This document shows, one piece after another, positions 48,430-57,412 of a stretch of 60,658 nt of DNA. The stretch comes from a virus (taxonomy: Duplodnaviria > Caudoviricetes): the IMG/VR virus record IMGVR_UViG_3300042868_014229, positions 1 through 60,658 of that record; one strand, written 5' to 3'. The notes under the pieces were generated by a model. The model did no database searches, was not told the DNA's origin, and saw only the letters and a program-made list of their open reading frames with translations. A program made the translations under genes and the position numbers. Within the stretch, counting starts at the first letter, position 1, and each line of letters opens with the position of its first letter.

Positions 48430-48470
48430 ATAAATATATGCAAATGTACGAAAGTTTTTTAATTAATCAA
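48430..48470 (-). promoter_or_regulatory. promoter of leader/tRNA operon (-7 TACATTTG at 48441-48448, upstream TTG, adjacent TATTTAT)
   Basis: Matches Bacteroidota -33/-7 layout. Confidence 0.65.
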
Positions 48471-48534
48471 GTTTTTTTATTACTTTTTTTCAAAAAAATT
48501 ACATTTATTTTTTAAAGTATTGATAATGTGATAG

Positions 48535-48984
48535 TTACTTGTTTAATTTTTTAGCAATTCTTTTTTCTTTGGCAATAGCTTTTTTGATTTTATCTCTTAA
48601 TTCTGCAGCTAATTCATAATTTTCACTTTCAACAGCTATTTGTAATTGTTCTTGTAAAGGAATTTCTTCTTTCTTTTTAATTGGTCCAAGTGGTTCATCA
48701 CTAACAAGTGTTTTAATAATAACACCTAGTGGTTTGTACCACATACGTTTTTCAAAATACATTTCACCATCAGTTGAATACTCGATGTCATCTGGTTCAC
48801 CTAATTTGTCATCCAATTCATCATCAAGTTTATCCAATTCGGCACCAGTATAAGTACCATCAGGATTGATATTCTTGAAACTATCAATCATATCAATTAT
48901 TCTTTTGGCTTCAGAATTTAAAAAATCTTGATTTTCATCATCTTTACCTAAGAATTTGTTAAAAAGGTCATCAAAGTTTTCCAT
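48535..48984 (-). CDS. acidic protein with C-terminal UVR motif
   Basis: LQIAVESENYELAAELRDKI. Confidence 0.75.
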   Translation of the reverse strand: MENFDDLFNKFLGKDDENQDFLNSEAKRIIDMIDSFKNINPDGTYTGAELDKLDDELDDKLGEPDDIEYSTDGEMYFEKRMWYKPLGVIIKTLVSDEPLGPIKKKEEIPLQEQLQIAVESENYELAAELRDKIKKAIAKEKRIAKKLNK

Positions 48985-49429
48985 TTTTTTGTTTTAATTT
49001 ACGTTTTATGTGATTACGTGTTCTAATTGAATGATATCTAAATGCATATACTGGATTTATGTTATATAAGTACATAAACAAAGCAAAGAATAATCCAGCT
49101 AACGTATACATTATACTCATTGTCATCCAATAATCTTTGGTTATAGAATTAATCCAAAACACTACCAAGTCATAACCAAATGGGTTTAAGAACAACGCTA
49201 TCGTTATTAAAGTATTACCTAAATCTTTTTTGTTTAATTTAAATAAAATAAAAGATAATATAAACGATAGGAACGCACATCCATAAAGTACGAACATTGT
49301 ATGCCAGTAGTTTTTCGTTAATTCTGTCAGTTTGTAAACCAGTATATCGAAACCTAGGGGGTTCAGGAATGTCGCTGTCATTAGGCAAACTGTTCCTAAG
49401 ACTTTCCTGTTTATCGCTTTTACTATCAC
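48971..49429 (-). CDS. membrane protein with internal duplication
   Basis: FLNPLGFD...TKNYW / FLNPFGYD...TKDYW. Confidence 0.7.
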   Translation of the reverse strand: MIVKAINRKVLGTVCLMTATFLNPLGFDILVYKLTELTKNYWHTMFVLYGCAFLSFILSFILFKLNKKDLGNTLITIALFLNPFGYDLVVFWINSITKDYWMTMSIMYTLAGLFFALFMYLYNINPVYAFRYHSIRTRNHIKRKLKQKNGKL

Positions 49430-49531
49430 CTTCCATATGTTTGTATTTAGTTTTCATTATATAATTAAGTAATCACATAAATCTTATTTTCTAGAATAAC
49501 CGCTAAAAATCAATCTAGCGGTTATTGGGTT

Positions 49532-49708
49532 TTACTTTACAGTATCTTTCACCACTGCAGTAGTGTCAACACTTGTCGTATCAGCTTTAACTGAATCTGT
49601 AGCTACTGCTGTAGAATCGGTTGTTGTTGCTGTAGCTGTAGCATCATTTTTACATGATACGAATGCTAACGTTACAACCAAAGCCAAAGCTAAAATTACT
49701 TTTTTCAT
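49532..49708 (-). CDS. small Thr/Ala/Asp-rich lipoprotein (58 aa)
   Basis: MKKVILALALVVTLAFVSC-KNDATATATTTDSTAVATDSVKADTTSVDTTAVVKDTVK. Confidence 0.75.
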   Translation of the reverse strand: MKKVILALALVVTLAFVSCKNDATATATTTDSTAVATDSVKADTTSVDTTAVVKDTVK

Positions 49709-49820
49709 TGTTTTTGTTTTTATTAATAAATATGTTATTTTTTGGTTTTATCGGGCCCACCGTGTTTTAAATATTTTATGAACGCAAATATACGTCTGTT
49801 TTATATGAAAGTCAACTAAA

Positions 49821-50642
49821 TTATGACTTAAGTAACAATTCTTTTATATCAGAAACAAGTTGTCTGTGACCCTCACCGTAAGGTTGCCATGCTAATCCCA
49901 TTGCTTTAAGGTCATAGTGTTTCAAGATTGTTGAATAATTTGTTTCTCCTTCTGGAAATCCGATTACATAAATACTATCAGCCAACTCAGCAGCCAAACG
50001 GATATCGTGAGTAGAGAATATAATAGTATTCAATTCATCAGCAGCAGTAATTTTATTGAATGATTGCTTAACCTTTTCAATGTTTCCAACATCTAACCCA
50101 GAAAATGGTTCATCTAGAATCATAAAGTGTTTAGATGTAAGCATTTGCTCAATGATTGCCGTTCTTTGTCTTTGTCCACCAGATAACTCACATGAGTATT
50201 TATCTTTATGTTCCAACAATCCCCAATCCGTTAGATACTCATTAATAATAGCATCTTTTTCGGGCTTGGTAGCTGTTGATTTTCTCAAAGCATATTCACA
50301 TATCTGCGTAATGGTTTTGTGTCTAAAAAGCGTGTATTTTTGGTCTACAAACCCCATATCACCCTCACCCAATGGCTTGGCATCATCATCAGCTTCTGTT
50401 GTCAAGTCCGTGATAAGGACTTGACCTTGTGTTGGTTTAAGCAAACCTGTTAGTCCTTTGAAAAGGGTTGATTTACCTCTACCAGAACGACCAATAAACG
50501 CAATTACCTGACCAGTTGCATCGTGACCATCTCTAACAATATCTTTGATGTCAAAATTAACATTTTTAAGTATTGTTTTTCCATCGTAACCTAAACTTAC
50601 ATCATTGATGTACAATAGGGTTTTTGTTTCTTTATAACTCAT
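49821..50642 (-). CDS. ABC transporter ATP-binding protein (TauB/SsuB-like)
   Basis: GRSGRGKST, LSGGQRQR, ILDEPFSGLD. Confidence 0.92.
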   Translation of the reverse strand: MSYKETKTLLYINDVSLGYDGKTILKNVNFDIKDIVRDGHDATGQVIAFIGRSGRGKSTLFKGLTGLLKPTQGQVLITDLTTEADDDAKPLGEGDMGFVDQKYTLFRHKTITQICEYALRKSTATKPEKDAIINEYLTDWGLLEHKDKYSCELSGGQRQRTAIIEQMLTSKHFMILDEPFSGLDVGNIEKVKQSFNKITAADELNTIIFSTHDIRLAAELADSIYVIGFPEGETNYSTILKHYDLKAMGLAWQPYGEGHRQLVSDIKELLLKS

Positions 50643-50778
50643 GGTTTCTTTTTTCTAATTTAATGATTTTTTCTTTCAAAACTTTGTTTTCATCCCTTTC
50701 TGCATGAAAAGCTAAACAATACATAACCGCAGACATTATAGCACAAACCAACAGAAAAATTAATTTATTTTCTTTCAT
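50632..50778 (-). CDS. small membrane protein (48 aa)
   Basis: Manually translated; TM plus short coiled segment. Confidence 0.45.
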   Translation of the reverse strand: MKENKLIFLLVCAIMSAVMYCLAFHAERDENKVLKEKIIKLEKRNHEL

Positions 50779-50782
50779 AATC

Positions 50783-51559
50783 TTAATAATTTGAATATCT
50801 AAACGCTAATTTGCGTAGTTTGGTTAATAAAAAGTCCAAGGCAACACCTACCAAGATGATTACAGCTTGAACTGCGATAACTCTACCATTAGAACCTAAA
50901 CGGTCACCATTCTTGATAAGAACTCCCAGACCACCTGCAGCGATAAGAATACTCTCAACGGTTACAAGCATAACCCATACGATTGCTAAGTTTTGTCTAA
51001 CCAATTCGATTACATAATCTATTCGACCTTTGATAACAACTTCCCAAAGCATTTCCCATCTATTACACCCAAGTGTTTTAGCATGGTCAAATTCTTCTTG
51101 TGGAATGTCTTTAATCATTTGAATAAGACTTGTAATAAGGAATGTTGACATGAAGATAACAAGTACCCATACTTGTATTGCTCTTGCATCTGACATCATA
51201 ATCGTAACATAGAAAGCAATTCCAGTTGGTGGTAAGTATCTTAATTTTGATAAGAACGTTCCTAGCGACTTAGAGAAGGCAATTGTTGTTAAGTAAGCGA
51301 AAATCATCGAGATAATCACTGAATAAAATATGGCTTGGAAACACAATGATAGTGAACTACCTAAATGTGTAATAAGACCTTCTTGCCATACATCACCCAA
51401 ACCTTTAAATACTTGTGCAGGTGTTGGGAATAAATGTGTTGTTCCAATTGAACCTGACACAAACCAAATTGATACTAATAAGGCTAACCATATCAATACA
51501 ATTATATTTTTTGTTAAACCATTAAGGTTTCTAAACGGTGTGAATATTTTTTTAAACAT
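50783..51559 (-). CDS. ABC transporter permease (TauC/SsuC-like)
   Basis: FPTPAQV, AKTLGCNRW EAA-like loop, GGLG. Confidence 0.85.
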   Translation of the reverse strand: MFKKIFTPFRNLNGLTKNIIVLIWLALLVSIWFVSGSIGTTHLFPTPAQVFKGLGDVWQEGLITHLGSSLSLCFQAIFYSVIISMIFAYLTTIAFSKSLGTFLSKLRYLPPTGIAFYVTIMMSDARAIQVWVLVIFMSTFLITSLIQMIKDIPQEEFDHAKTLGCNRWEMLWEVVIKGRIDYVIELVRQNLAIVWVMLVTVESILIAAGGLGVLIKNGDRLGSNGRVIAVQAVIILVGVALDFLLTKLRKLAFRYSNY

Positions 51560-51578
51560 CTTTTAAGTTTTAATTTAT

Positions 51579-51610
51579 AAAAAAACCGTGACTATTTGCC
51601 ACGGTTTTTT
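51579..51610 (-). terminator. intrinsic terminator
   Basis: AAAAAACCGTG-loop-CACGGTTTTTT. Confidence 0.7.
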
Positions 51611-51627
51611 TTATTATTGTATGGCTA

Positions 51628-53460
51628 TTATTTTAGCAAAGTGATTTCAACTCTACGGTTTTTAGCTTTACCACTTGCAGTTGAGTTATCAGCTACTGGG
51701 TTAGCATCACCTTTACCATCTACCAATTGGAAACGGTCTCCAGAAATACCTCTACCTTTCAAGTAAGCAACTACTGATTGAGCACGACCATTAGATAATG
51801 TTATATTGCTAGCAGGGTTACCTACATTATCTGTAAATCCAACAACTTTCAATTTAGTTTCTTCTGCTTGAGTTAACAAGTTATAGATTGTTTCTAAGTC
51901 TCTTGTTGAACCAGAGATAGTTGCACTACCAGTTTCAAAGTTGATGTTCCATTGTCCGTTAGCCAAAACTTGTGTTTTAGTATCAGCATACGTAATCTTT
52001 TCTACAGTACCTTTATCATTAACATTTGCTGATGTTAAGAAATATAAGTTAACAGCATCTTCGTAAGCTACAACGCCATCTGGATTAGATTCATTGAAAC
52101 CACATGGGTTTAAGTCTGTCAAATAAGTAGATACTTGTTCGTAAACAGCTTTGTAACGATTTTTACCATCTGAAATACCGTAGTATTGCATTGCATCAGC
52201 ATAATTGAATACACGTGAACCACCGATGTTATATTCTAATCCACCATTTTTAGCAACTTGCTCTGGAGTAGCTTTTTGTCCTTTGAACAAATCGTACCAG
52301 TATTTAGGTGTTTCAAAGTTGTATGTTTTTGCAACAGCTTCTGATGCTCTTACAGCCCACTCATCGTATTGTTTCATTTGATTAGCCGCAACATAAGTTT
52401 GTTTTAAGATTGCAATAACCTCTTTATCATGTTGTAAGGCCCATTCTTTAACGCCTACTAGAGTTGTTGCCATTTGGTTAACGAAATCTTTTGTAGTAAC
52501 TACATCAGTAAACCCAGTTAACGCATCGAATGCCATTTTATCACCTGGTGTCCATGTTGTTGCACCATCAATTTTATGGTTGATTGTTTTACCAGTTAAT
52601 TTACCATTTACAACTTCTTTTAACGGAACAGTATATCCAGTTTTTTGAGATTTAATCAATTCTTTTACAGAGTTGATGTAGTCATCGTCTTGTGATGGTA
52701 CGAAGTTAATCGCATTTGCATCCCATGTTGTTGGGTCTGGATTAATGTTGATTTTATTAGCAGCCGCATAGTTACATGCAACAACCCAGTCACCATCACC
52801 AATTACTGAAGATATAACACAACCTTTCATTGATTGAGGATTATCTCTCCAAATTCTTGGTCCGATAAGTTTATCCTCACCATATGATAAACCATATGCT
52901 CCTAATACTTGTACGTGGTACTTGTCTTTACCAAATTTCTCATCTAGAGATTTCTGTGTAGTTGTAATATAGAATGGCACACCATCACCCATGATACTTA
53001 CAGCGAAAGCTGATTTATCAGATTTAGGATAAGCTACACCTTTATCAAATTCTTCAACAAATTTGATTTGCATATCACGTAAACCACCTACCATGTCTTG
53101 TCTTACGATTTCCAAGTTTACACCTGCAGCTTCCATAAGAGAACCTTCTGTAGTACGAGGACCACCGTTAGCTACAATCATTCCAGAGTTACCATTCCAC
53201 GCATACTCTGCGATACGGATAAGTCCTTTAGAAGCGACTGCTGAAGATACTGTTTCCGATGGTAACGGCAATTTAGCACCTTTGGTTACGTTATTAAGGT
53301 CGTCACCATCAATTGTAAGTCCAGTTAATTGTTTTGAAACTGCAACTCTAAGTCCAGGTGCGAAAAAATACACACCAGTTAATAATACTGCAACACCTAG
53401 TGCTACGATAACACCTTCTGCTAAGGTTGTTAATTTTTGTTGTTTAAGGATTCTTCCCAT
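51628..53460 (-). CDS. ABC substrate-binding protein fused to OmpA-like domain
   Basis: N-terminal TM; C-terminal INFETGSA, GFTDNVG, LSNGRA, NRRVEI. Confidence 0.85.
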   Translation of the reverse strand: MGRILKQQKLTTLAEGVIVALGVAVLLTGVYFFAPGLRVAVSKQLTGLTIDGDDLNNVTKGAKLPLPSETVSSAVASKGLIRIAEYAWNGNSGMIVANGGPRTTEGSLMEAAGVNLEIVRQDMVGGLRDMQIKFVEEFDKGVAYPKSDKSAFAVSIMGDGVPFYITTTQKSLDEKFGKDKYHVQVLGAYGLSYGEDKLIGPRIWRDNPQSMKGCVISSVIGDGDWVVACNYAAANKININPDPTTWDANAINFVPSQDDDYINSVKELIKSQKTGYTVPLKEVVNGKLTGKTINHKIDGATTWTPGDKMAFDALTGFTDVVTTKDFVNQMATTLVGVKEWALQHDKEVIAILKQTYVAANQMKQYDEWAVRASEAVAKTYNFETPKYWYDLFKGQKATPEQVAKNGGLEYNIGGSRVFNYADAMQYYGISDGKNRYKAVYEQVSTYLTDLNPCGFNESNPDGVVAYEDAVNLYFLTSANVNDKGTVEKITYADTKTQVLANGQWNINFETGSATISGSTRDLETIYNLLTQAEETKLKVVGFTDNVGNPASNITLSNGRAQSVVAYLKGRGISGDRFQLVDGKGDANPVADNSTASGKAKNRRVEITLLK

Positions 53461-53560
53461 TTTTTTAATAAATTTAAATTAATTAATATTGTTTAACGGT
53501 ACAAAGATAACAATCTTTTTTAATGTACCAAACATTTTTACTTTTTTTTACGTTTTTTTT

Positions 53561-54394
53561 TTAACTTCCACATCCACCACAACCACCACATCCACCACAA
53601 CCTGATGAACCACACCCTGATGAACCACAACCTGATGTTCCGCATCCGAAAAATGAAGATACTATACCACATCCGCTATCAGAAGAAGAAGAACTAGACG
53701 AAGAATTTGATGAACGGCTACTTCTTGAATTTCTTGTCATATATCGGTATATACCTCTAATTAAAAATATACCACAAATAACACCAAAAACAATCCATAA
53801 AATTGTTGATAATTCAAGCTTACCATCTGATGGTTTTGCTGATAAAAACAAAACAGCACCAAACAACGTAAACAAGATTGTCGCAAGACTTAATGTGTAT
53901 TTTTTAACCTTTTCTTTGTTTAAGACATAGTTATCATGCATGCTTACACGTTTAAAGTTAACCTTACCAAATCTAACATCATGATTAGGCCAAATATCCT
54001 TAGGTGCATCACCACCAAATTCATTTCGATAAAAATCTAGAGTTTGCGAATATTGGTTGTCATATCTATTTTTTTCTGTCACCCCACCTTTGGTTGGACC
54101 ATGATGTAATCTGAAACCACCAAGAGTATTTTCACACATTTCTACCCAATATGAGTAAGAATATACCAAGTGCAAATGCCATGCTTGGTCAACTTCATCC
54201 GATGGTGTTAATGATTTTCCAGATACGACTGACATATAGATGAATTTCTTGTATTCATCAACCACTCGTTTTGAAAACTCAATCGACCACCCATTCTCTC
54301 TGGCAAGTCTGTCAGTAAATGAGAATGACGCTTCTGGGTTATCTAAACTAAAGTTAGATAATTTTTCCCACAGTTTTAAATTTGTTTTTACCAT
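53561..54394 (-). CDS. glycine-rich-domain (GRDP-like) membrane protein with Gly/Cys tail
   Basis: FTDRLARENGWS, TPSDEVDQAWHLH, LHHGPT; tail GCGSSGCGGCGGCGGCGS. Confidence 0.8.
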   Translation of the reverse strand: MVKTNLKLWEKLSNFSLDNPEASFSFTDRLARENGWSIEFSKRVVDEYKKFIYMSVVSGKSLTPSDEVDQAWHLHLVYSYSYWVEMCENTLGGFRLHHGPTKGGVTEKNRYDNQYSQTLDFYRNEFGGDAPKDIWPNHDVRFGKVNFKRVSMHDNYVLNKEKVKKYTLSLATILFTLFGAVLFLSAKPSDGKLELSTILWIVFGVICGIFLIRGIYRYMTRNSRSSRSSNSSSSSSSSDSGCGIVSSFFGCGTSGCGSSGCGSSGCGGCGGCGGCGS

Positions 54395-54563
54395 TTTTAC
54401 ATTTTTTTTTCGCCACTCTAGAAACTACCCTCATCGGTCTAAAACTATCATGACTACCTTCTTACTCGTTTAGGCTCGGCAATCCCACAATTATATTTGT
54501 CCACCCCTTTACAACCAGATAATGAGTCAATGGTTGCTACTCGAACAGTTTTTTTATTAATTC

Positions 54564-55715
54564 TTAGAACATGTCACCAAAACCACCTGATTTTGATTTA
54601 TCTTCTGTTGTTAATTTATAATCAACGTTGTTGTATTTTTTAACATCTAAAACGTTACCATCACCTGCTTGGATTTTATCAGCGATAGCATCTAAGTTAG
54701 CAAACAACTCATCAGAGTTCAAATCATAGTTTTGTGTCAAGCTTTCGATATCTTTAAAGTTACCAGAACTAATAGCGATATCAGCAGAGATTGTTGAAGT
54801 AATAACTTCCAAAGCATAATCACGTTCCCAATCGCTAGAGAATCCCATTGCTGATTTAGCAGCGGTAGTAGCAGCGTTTAACTTTTGACCAGTTTCGTAG
54901 TCTTTCTTTAACATTTCAACCGTAGCATCAAAATCTGAAATCTTGATATCCATACCAGTTTCAACCATAACCAATTTTTGATTGATTTTTTTCAATACGT
55001 TGAAACGAGTTCCGTACTTTACAGTGAAATCTTTTGATTGCATCGCTTTGTTAGCAACCTGCATAGATGTAGCAAGCGTTTTTTGCATTTCAGCAGCCAA
55101 GTCAACATATGCATCTTCACTTTTAGCATCAACACCCATCTTAGCAACCATTGCTTCCATGTCAGCTTTGATTTTTTCAGCTTTACCTCTTAGACGTAAT
55201 GTTTCTTTATCACCTTTTTCAGCTTCTTCTTTTGCTCTAAGAGATTCATTTTGCATATCTTGTTGAAGAGATTTCAAATTACCCTTGGCAATACGGAATG
55301 TAGCTTGATTAGCAATCATTTTCTGTCTAGTTATTTCCAACTGACCAAATGGGTCAAATCTAATAACTGATTTGTGTAAGAACCTTGTAAAAGCACGAAT
55401 ACCTTTAAGGATTACTGGAGCCATGATTACCAACGCTACAACTGCGATTGCAGTAGCGGCCATTGCTAAGAATTGACCTAACGCAACCATTACTGGTGGT
55501 AATACGTATACCCATAATGCATATCCGATTGCTCCAAATACACCTAACTTCAAGAACCAATATAGATTCTTTTCACCTTTTCTAAAGTTATCAACCTTAG
55601 TAACAATTTGGCTCTCACTATAATTCTTCATCATAGGTAGATTCATTAAATTTGCATTTAATGTTGGAGCCGATTTAAATTGAGTTTCTGTTCCCATTTT
55701 ATTATTATTTAACAT
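54564..55715 (-). CDS. membrane-anchored coiled-coil protein (PspA/IM30-like)
   Basis: Two TMs, DP motif, long heptad region. Confidence 0.6.
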   Translation of the reverse strand: MLNNNKMGTETQFKSAPTLNANLMNLPMMKNYSESQIVTKVDNFRKGEKNLYWFLKLGVFGAIGYALWVYVLPPVMVALGQFLAMAATAIAVVALVIMAPVILKGIRAFTRFLHKSVIRFDPFGQLEITRQKMIANQATFRIAKGNLKSLQQDMQNESLRAKEEAEKGDKETLRLRGKAEKIKADMEAMVAKMGVDAKSEDAYVDLAAEMQKTLATSMQVANKAMQSKDFTVKYGTRFNVLKKINQKLVMVETGMDIKISDFDATVEMLKKDYETGQKLNAATTAAKSAMGFSSDWERDYALEVITSTISADIAISSGNFKDIESLTQNYDLNSDELFANLDAIADKIQAGDGNVLDVKKYNNVDYKLTTEDKSKSGGFGDMF

Positions 55716-56433
55716 TATTATTAATTCCTTGCTTAACTGTTTGAATAGAACCTACGATTCTATCCTTAGCTGTAGAGTTAGCAGCAAGTTTGCTATCAAT
55801 TTCGCTAAGTTGTGGATTATATTTGCTATCAATAGCTGATAGTTTTCTACTACGGTCTTCAATTTGTGTTTGCAACGCTTCCAATTGATGTCTCATATCA
55901 TTTAACTCATTGGTTAATGATTGATTCTCATTAACCTTAAGCGATTCAACTTCTTGTCTTTTGGCTTGTCCTTTAAGAACGTAATCTTCATAAACTTTTT
56001 GAATTTCACCTAAATAGAAATCAGCTTGTTGTGTTAAGCTAGTTTTAGAAATTGATTTGTCCATAGCTGATGCCATTTGAAATGCCATTGCATAAACAGC
56101 AGGATTGTCAATACCACCACTAGCCACTGATTGATAAAACTCATAGAAATCAAAACCTGGCTGATTCAATGAATCAAAACCTTTTTGATAAACCTCTAAA
56201 GCTTTATTCAAATACTCAGATGGTGGAGCACTAGCAAAAACTGGTGTCGTTGGTTGAGGTATGAATGTTGGAGTTGTAGTTTCCGCAGTTGGAAAACTAT
56301 ACGTAGAAGCAGCTGGTACTTCTGTTGTTGCTGCAGTCGGAAACTTCGTAGTAGAAGCCGAAGGTTTTGCAGTTTCTGTAGGTTTATTTGTTGATGGTTC
56401 ATCACTAACAATAAACAAGTCTTTAAATCCCAT
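55705..56433 (-). CDS. coiled-coil protein of the ABC/OmpA operon
   Basis: NQPGFDFYEF motif; Pro/Thr-rich N-terminus; -7 box 56469-56476. Confidence 0.65.
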   Translation of the reverse strand: MGFKDLFIVSDEPSTNKPTETAKPSASTTKFPTAATTEVPAASTYSFPTAETTTPTFIPQPTTPVFASAPPSEYLNKALEVYQKGFDSLNQPGFDFYEFYQSVASGGIDNPAVYAMAFQMASAMDKSISKTSLTQQADFYLGEIQKVYEDYVLKGQAKRQEVESLKVNENQSLTNELNDMRHQLEALQTQIEDRSRKLSAIDSKYNPQLSEIDSKLAANSTAKDRIVGSIQTVKQGINNNVK

Positions 56434-56568
56434 TTGATTAAATTTTAAATTGTTATTTTTATTGAGTGCAAATATATAATCTATATTTCATTCCACAAAA
56501 TAAAAATAACAAAATTTTTAAAGTTTTTTTTAAAACATTGTAAAACAATACATTATGTATTGAATTTG

Positions 56569-56691
56569 TTGATAAGACAGGCTTCGAACCTGCACTAAGT
56601 ATCCAACAGTTTGTCCTTTCATTAAGGATGAGGTTTAGGATAGTCCCTTCGTTTAACTCACCATTGCGTCTACCAATTTCGCCACTTATCA
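56569..56691 (-). ncRNA. tRNA-like RNA with expanded central region
   Basis: TGATAAG/CTTATCA acceptor, D-arm GCGAAATTGGTAGACGC, T-arm GCAGG-TTCGAAG-CCTGT, 123 nt. Confidence 0.7.
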
Positions 56692-56912
56692 CATGGACCT
56701 AAGTCCGTTATTGATTTTTACATCGTTAACACCACGTTTATTCGTGGATTTTGGGGCGACTAGTTGAACGATTCAAATAGATGCTTCCACCACCTTATTT
56801 TCTATAGAACAAGGAAACTTTATTTTAGAACAGAGGCTCAAGGGAATAGATACACCTAGGCACTAGAAACCGTTCACCCATTAAATGGGTTACCTGAGCT
56901 TGTTCTGTATGC

Positions 56913-57057
56913 GATAACAAGATTAACTTTTTTCTTTTTCGTGCTCTAACCAACTGAGCTAACCGCCCAGTAATATCGGACAGTATGGGACTCGAACCCA
57001 TGACAACGAGCTTAACAGGCTATAGATTTTTTGTTGCTGAAATAATCTTTTTTTATC
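56913..57057 (-). ncRNA. circularly permuted tRNA-Asn-like RNA inside a stem-CAGCAA module (YrlA-like topology)
   Basis: Order: AAGATTA-TTTCAGCAA, AGC-CTGTTAA-GCT, T-arm, ACTGTCC-loop-GGGCGGT, D-arm, TAATCTT. Confidence 0.8.
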
Positions 57058-57063
57058 TTTCTT

Positions 57064-57237
57064 TTATACTAATTTTGTAAGGATTTCAATCTCCTTTTTT
57101 ATTCTTTTGATATCAGTTTCCGTCAATGGAACCTTAACATCGGTTGTTTTCTTTTGTGTTTTCACACCACTTTTTAGTTGCTTCTCAAGCATTACTAATA
57201 CTCTAGACTGTCTAGAACGTTTTGCAGCTGTTGCCAT
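57064..57237 (-). CDS. basic hypothetical protein (57 aa)
   Basis: Manually translated MATAAKRSRQSRVL...IKRIKKEIEILTKLV. Confidence 0.6.
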   Translation of the reverse strand: MATAAKRSRQSRVLVMLEKQLKSGVKTQKKTTDVKVPLTETDIKRIKKEIEILTKLV

Positions 57238-57256
57238 TTTATTTAATTTAAAATTA

Positions 57257-57328
57257 GTGTAAAGACGAGATTCGAACTCGCATCATCCTGCTCCACGCAG
57301 GGTCTCTATCCAGTTGAGATACTTTACT
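57257..57328 (-). pseudogene. tRNA-like element with 5-nt anticodon loop
   Basis: Normal D- and T-arms; CCTGC-GTGGA-GCAGG. Confidence 0.6.
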
Positions 57329-57412
57329 ATAGCAAGAGGACGTAATTGCGATATTACTTAATCACCTCGGTATTGTCGCAGTCTTACCACCGTAACTTGG
57401 CTTGCTATTTTG

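Noticed and set aside
56459-56692. ORF-track CDS (77 aa)
   Set aside because: Overlaps a tRNA-like RNA and a promoter; no protein features.
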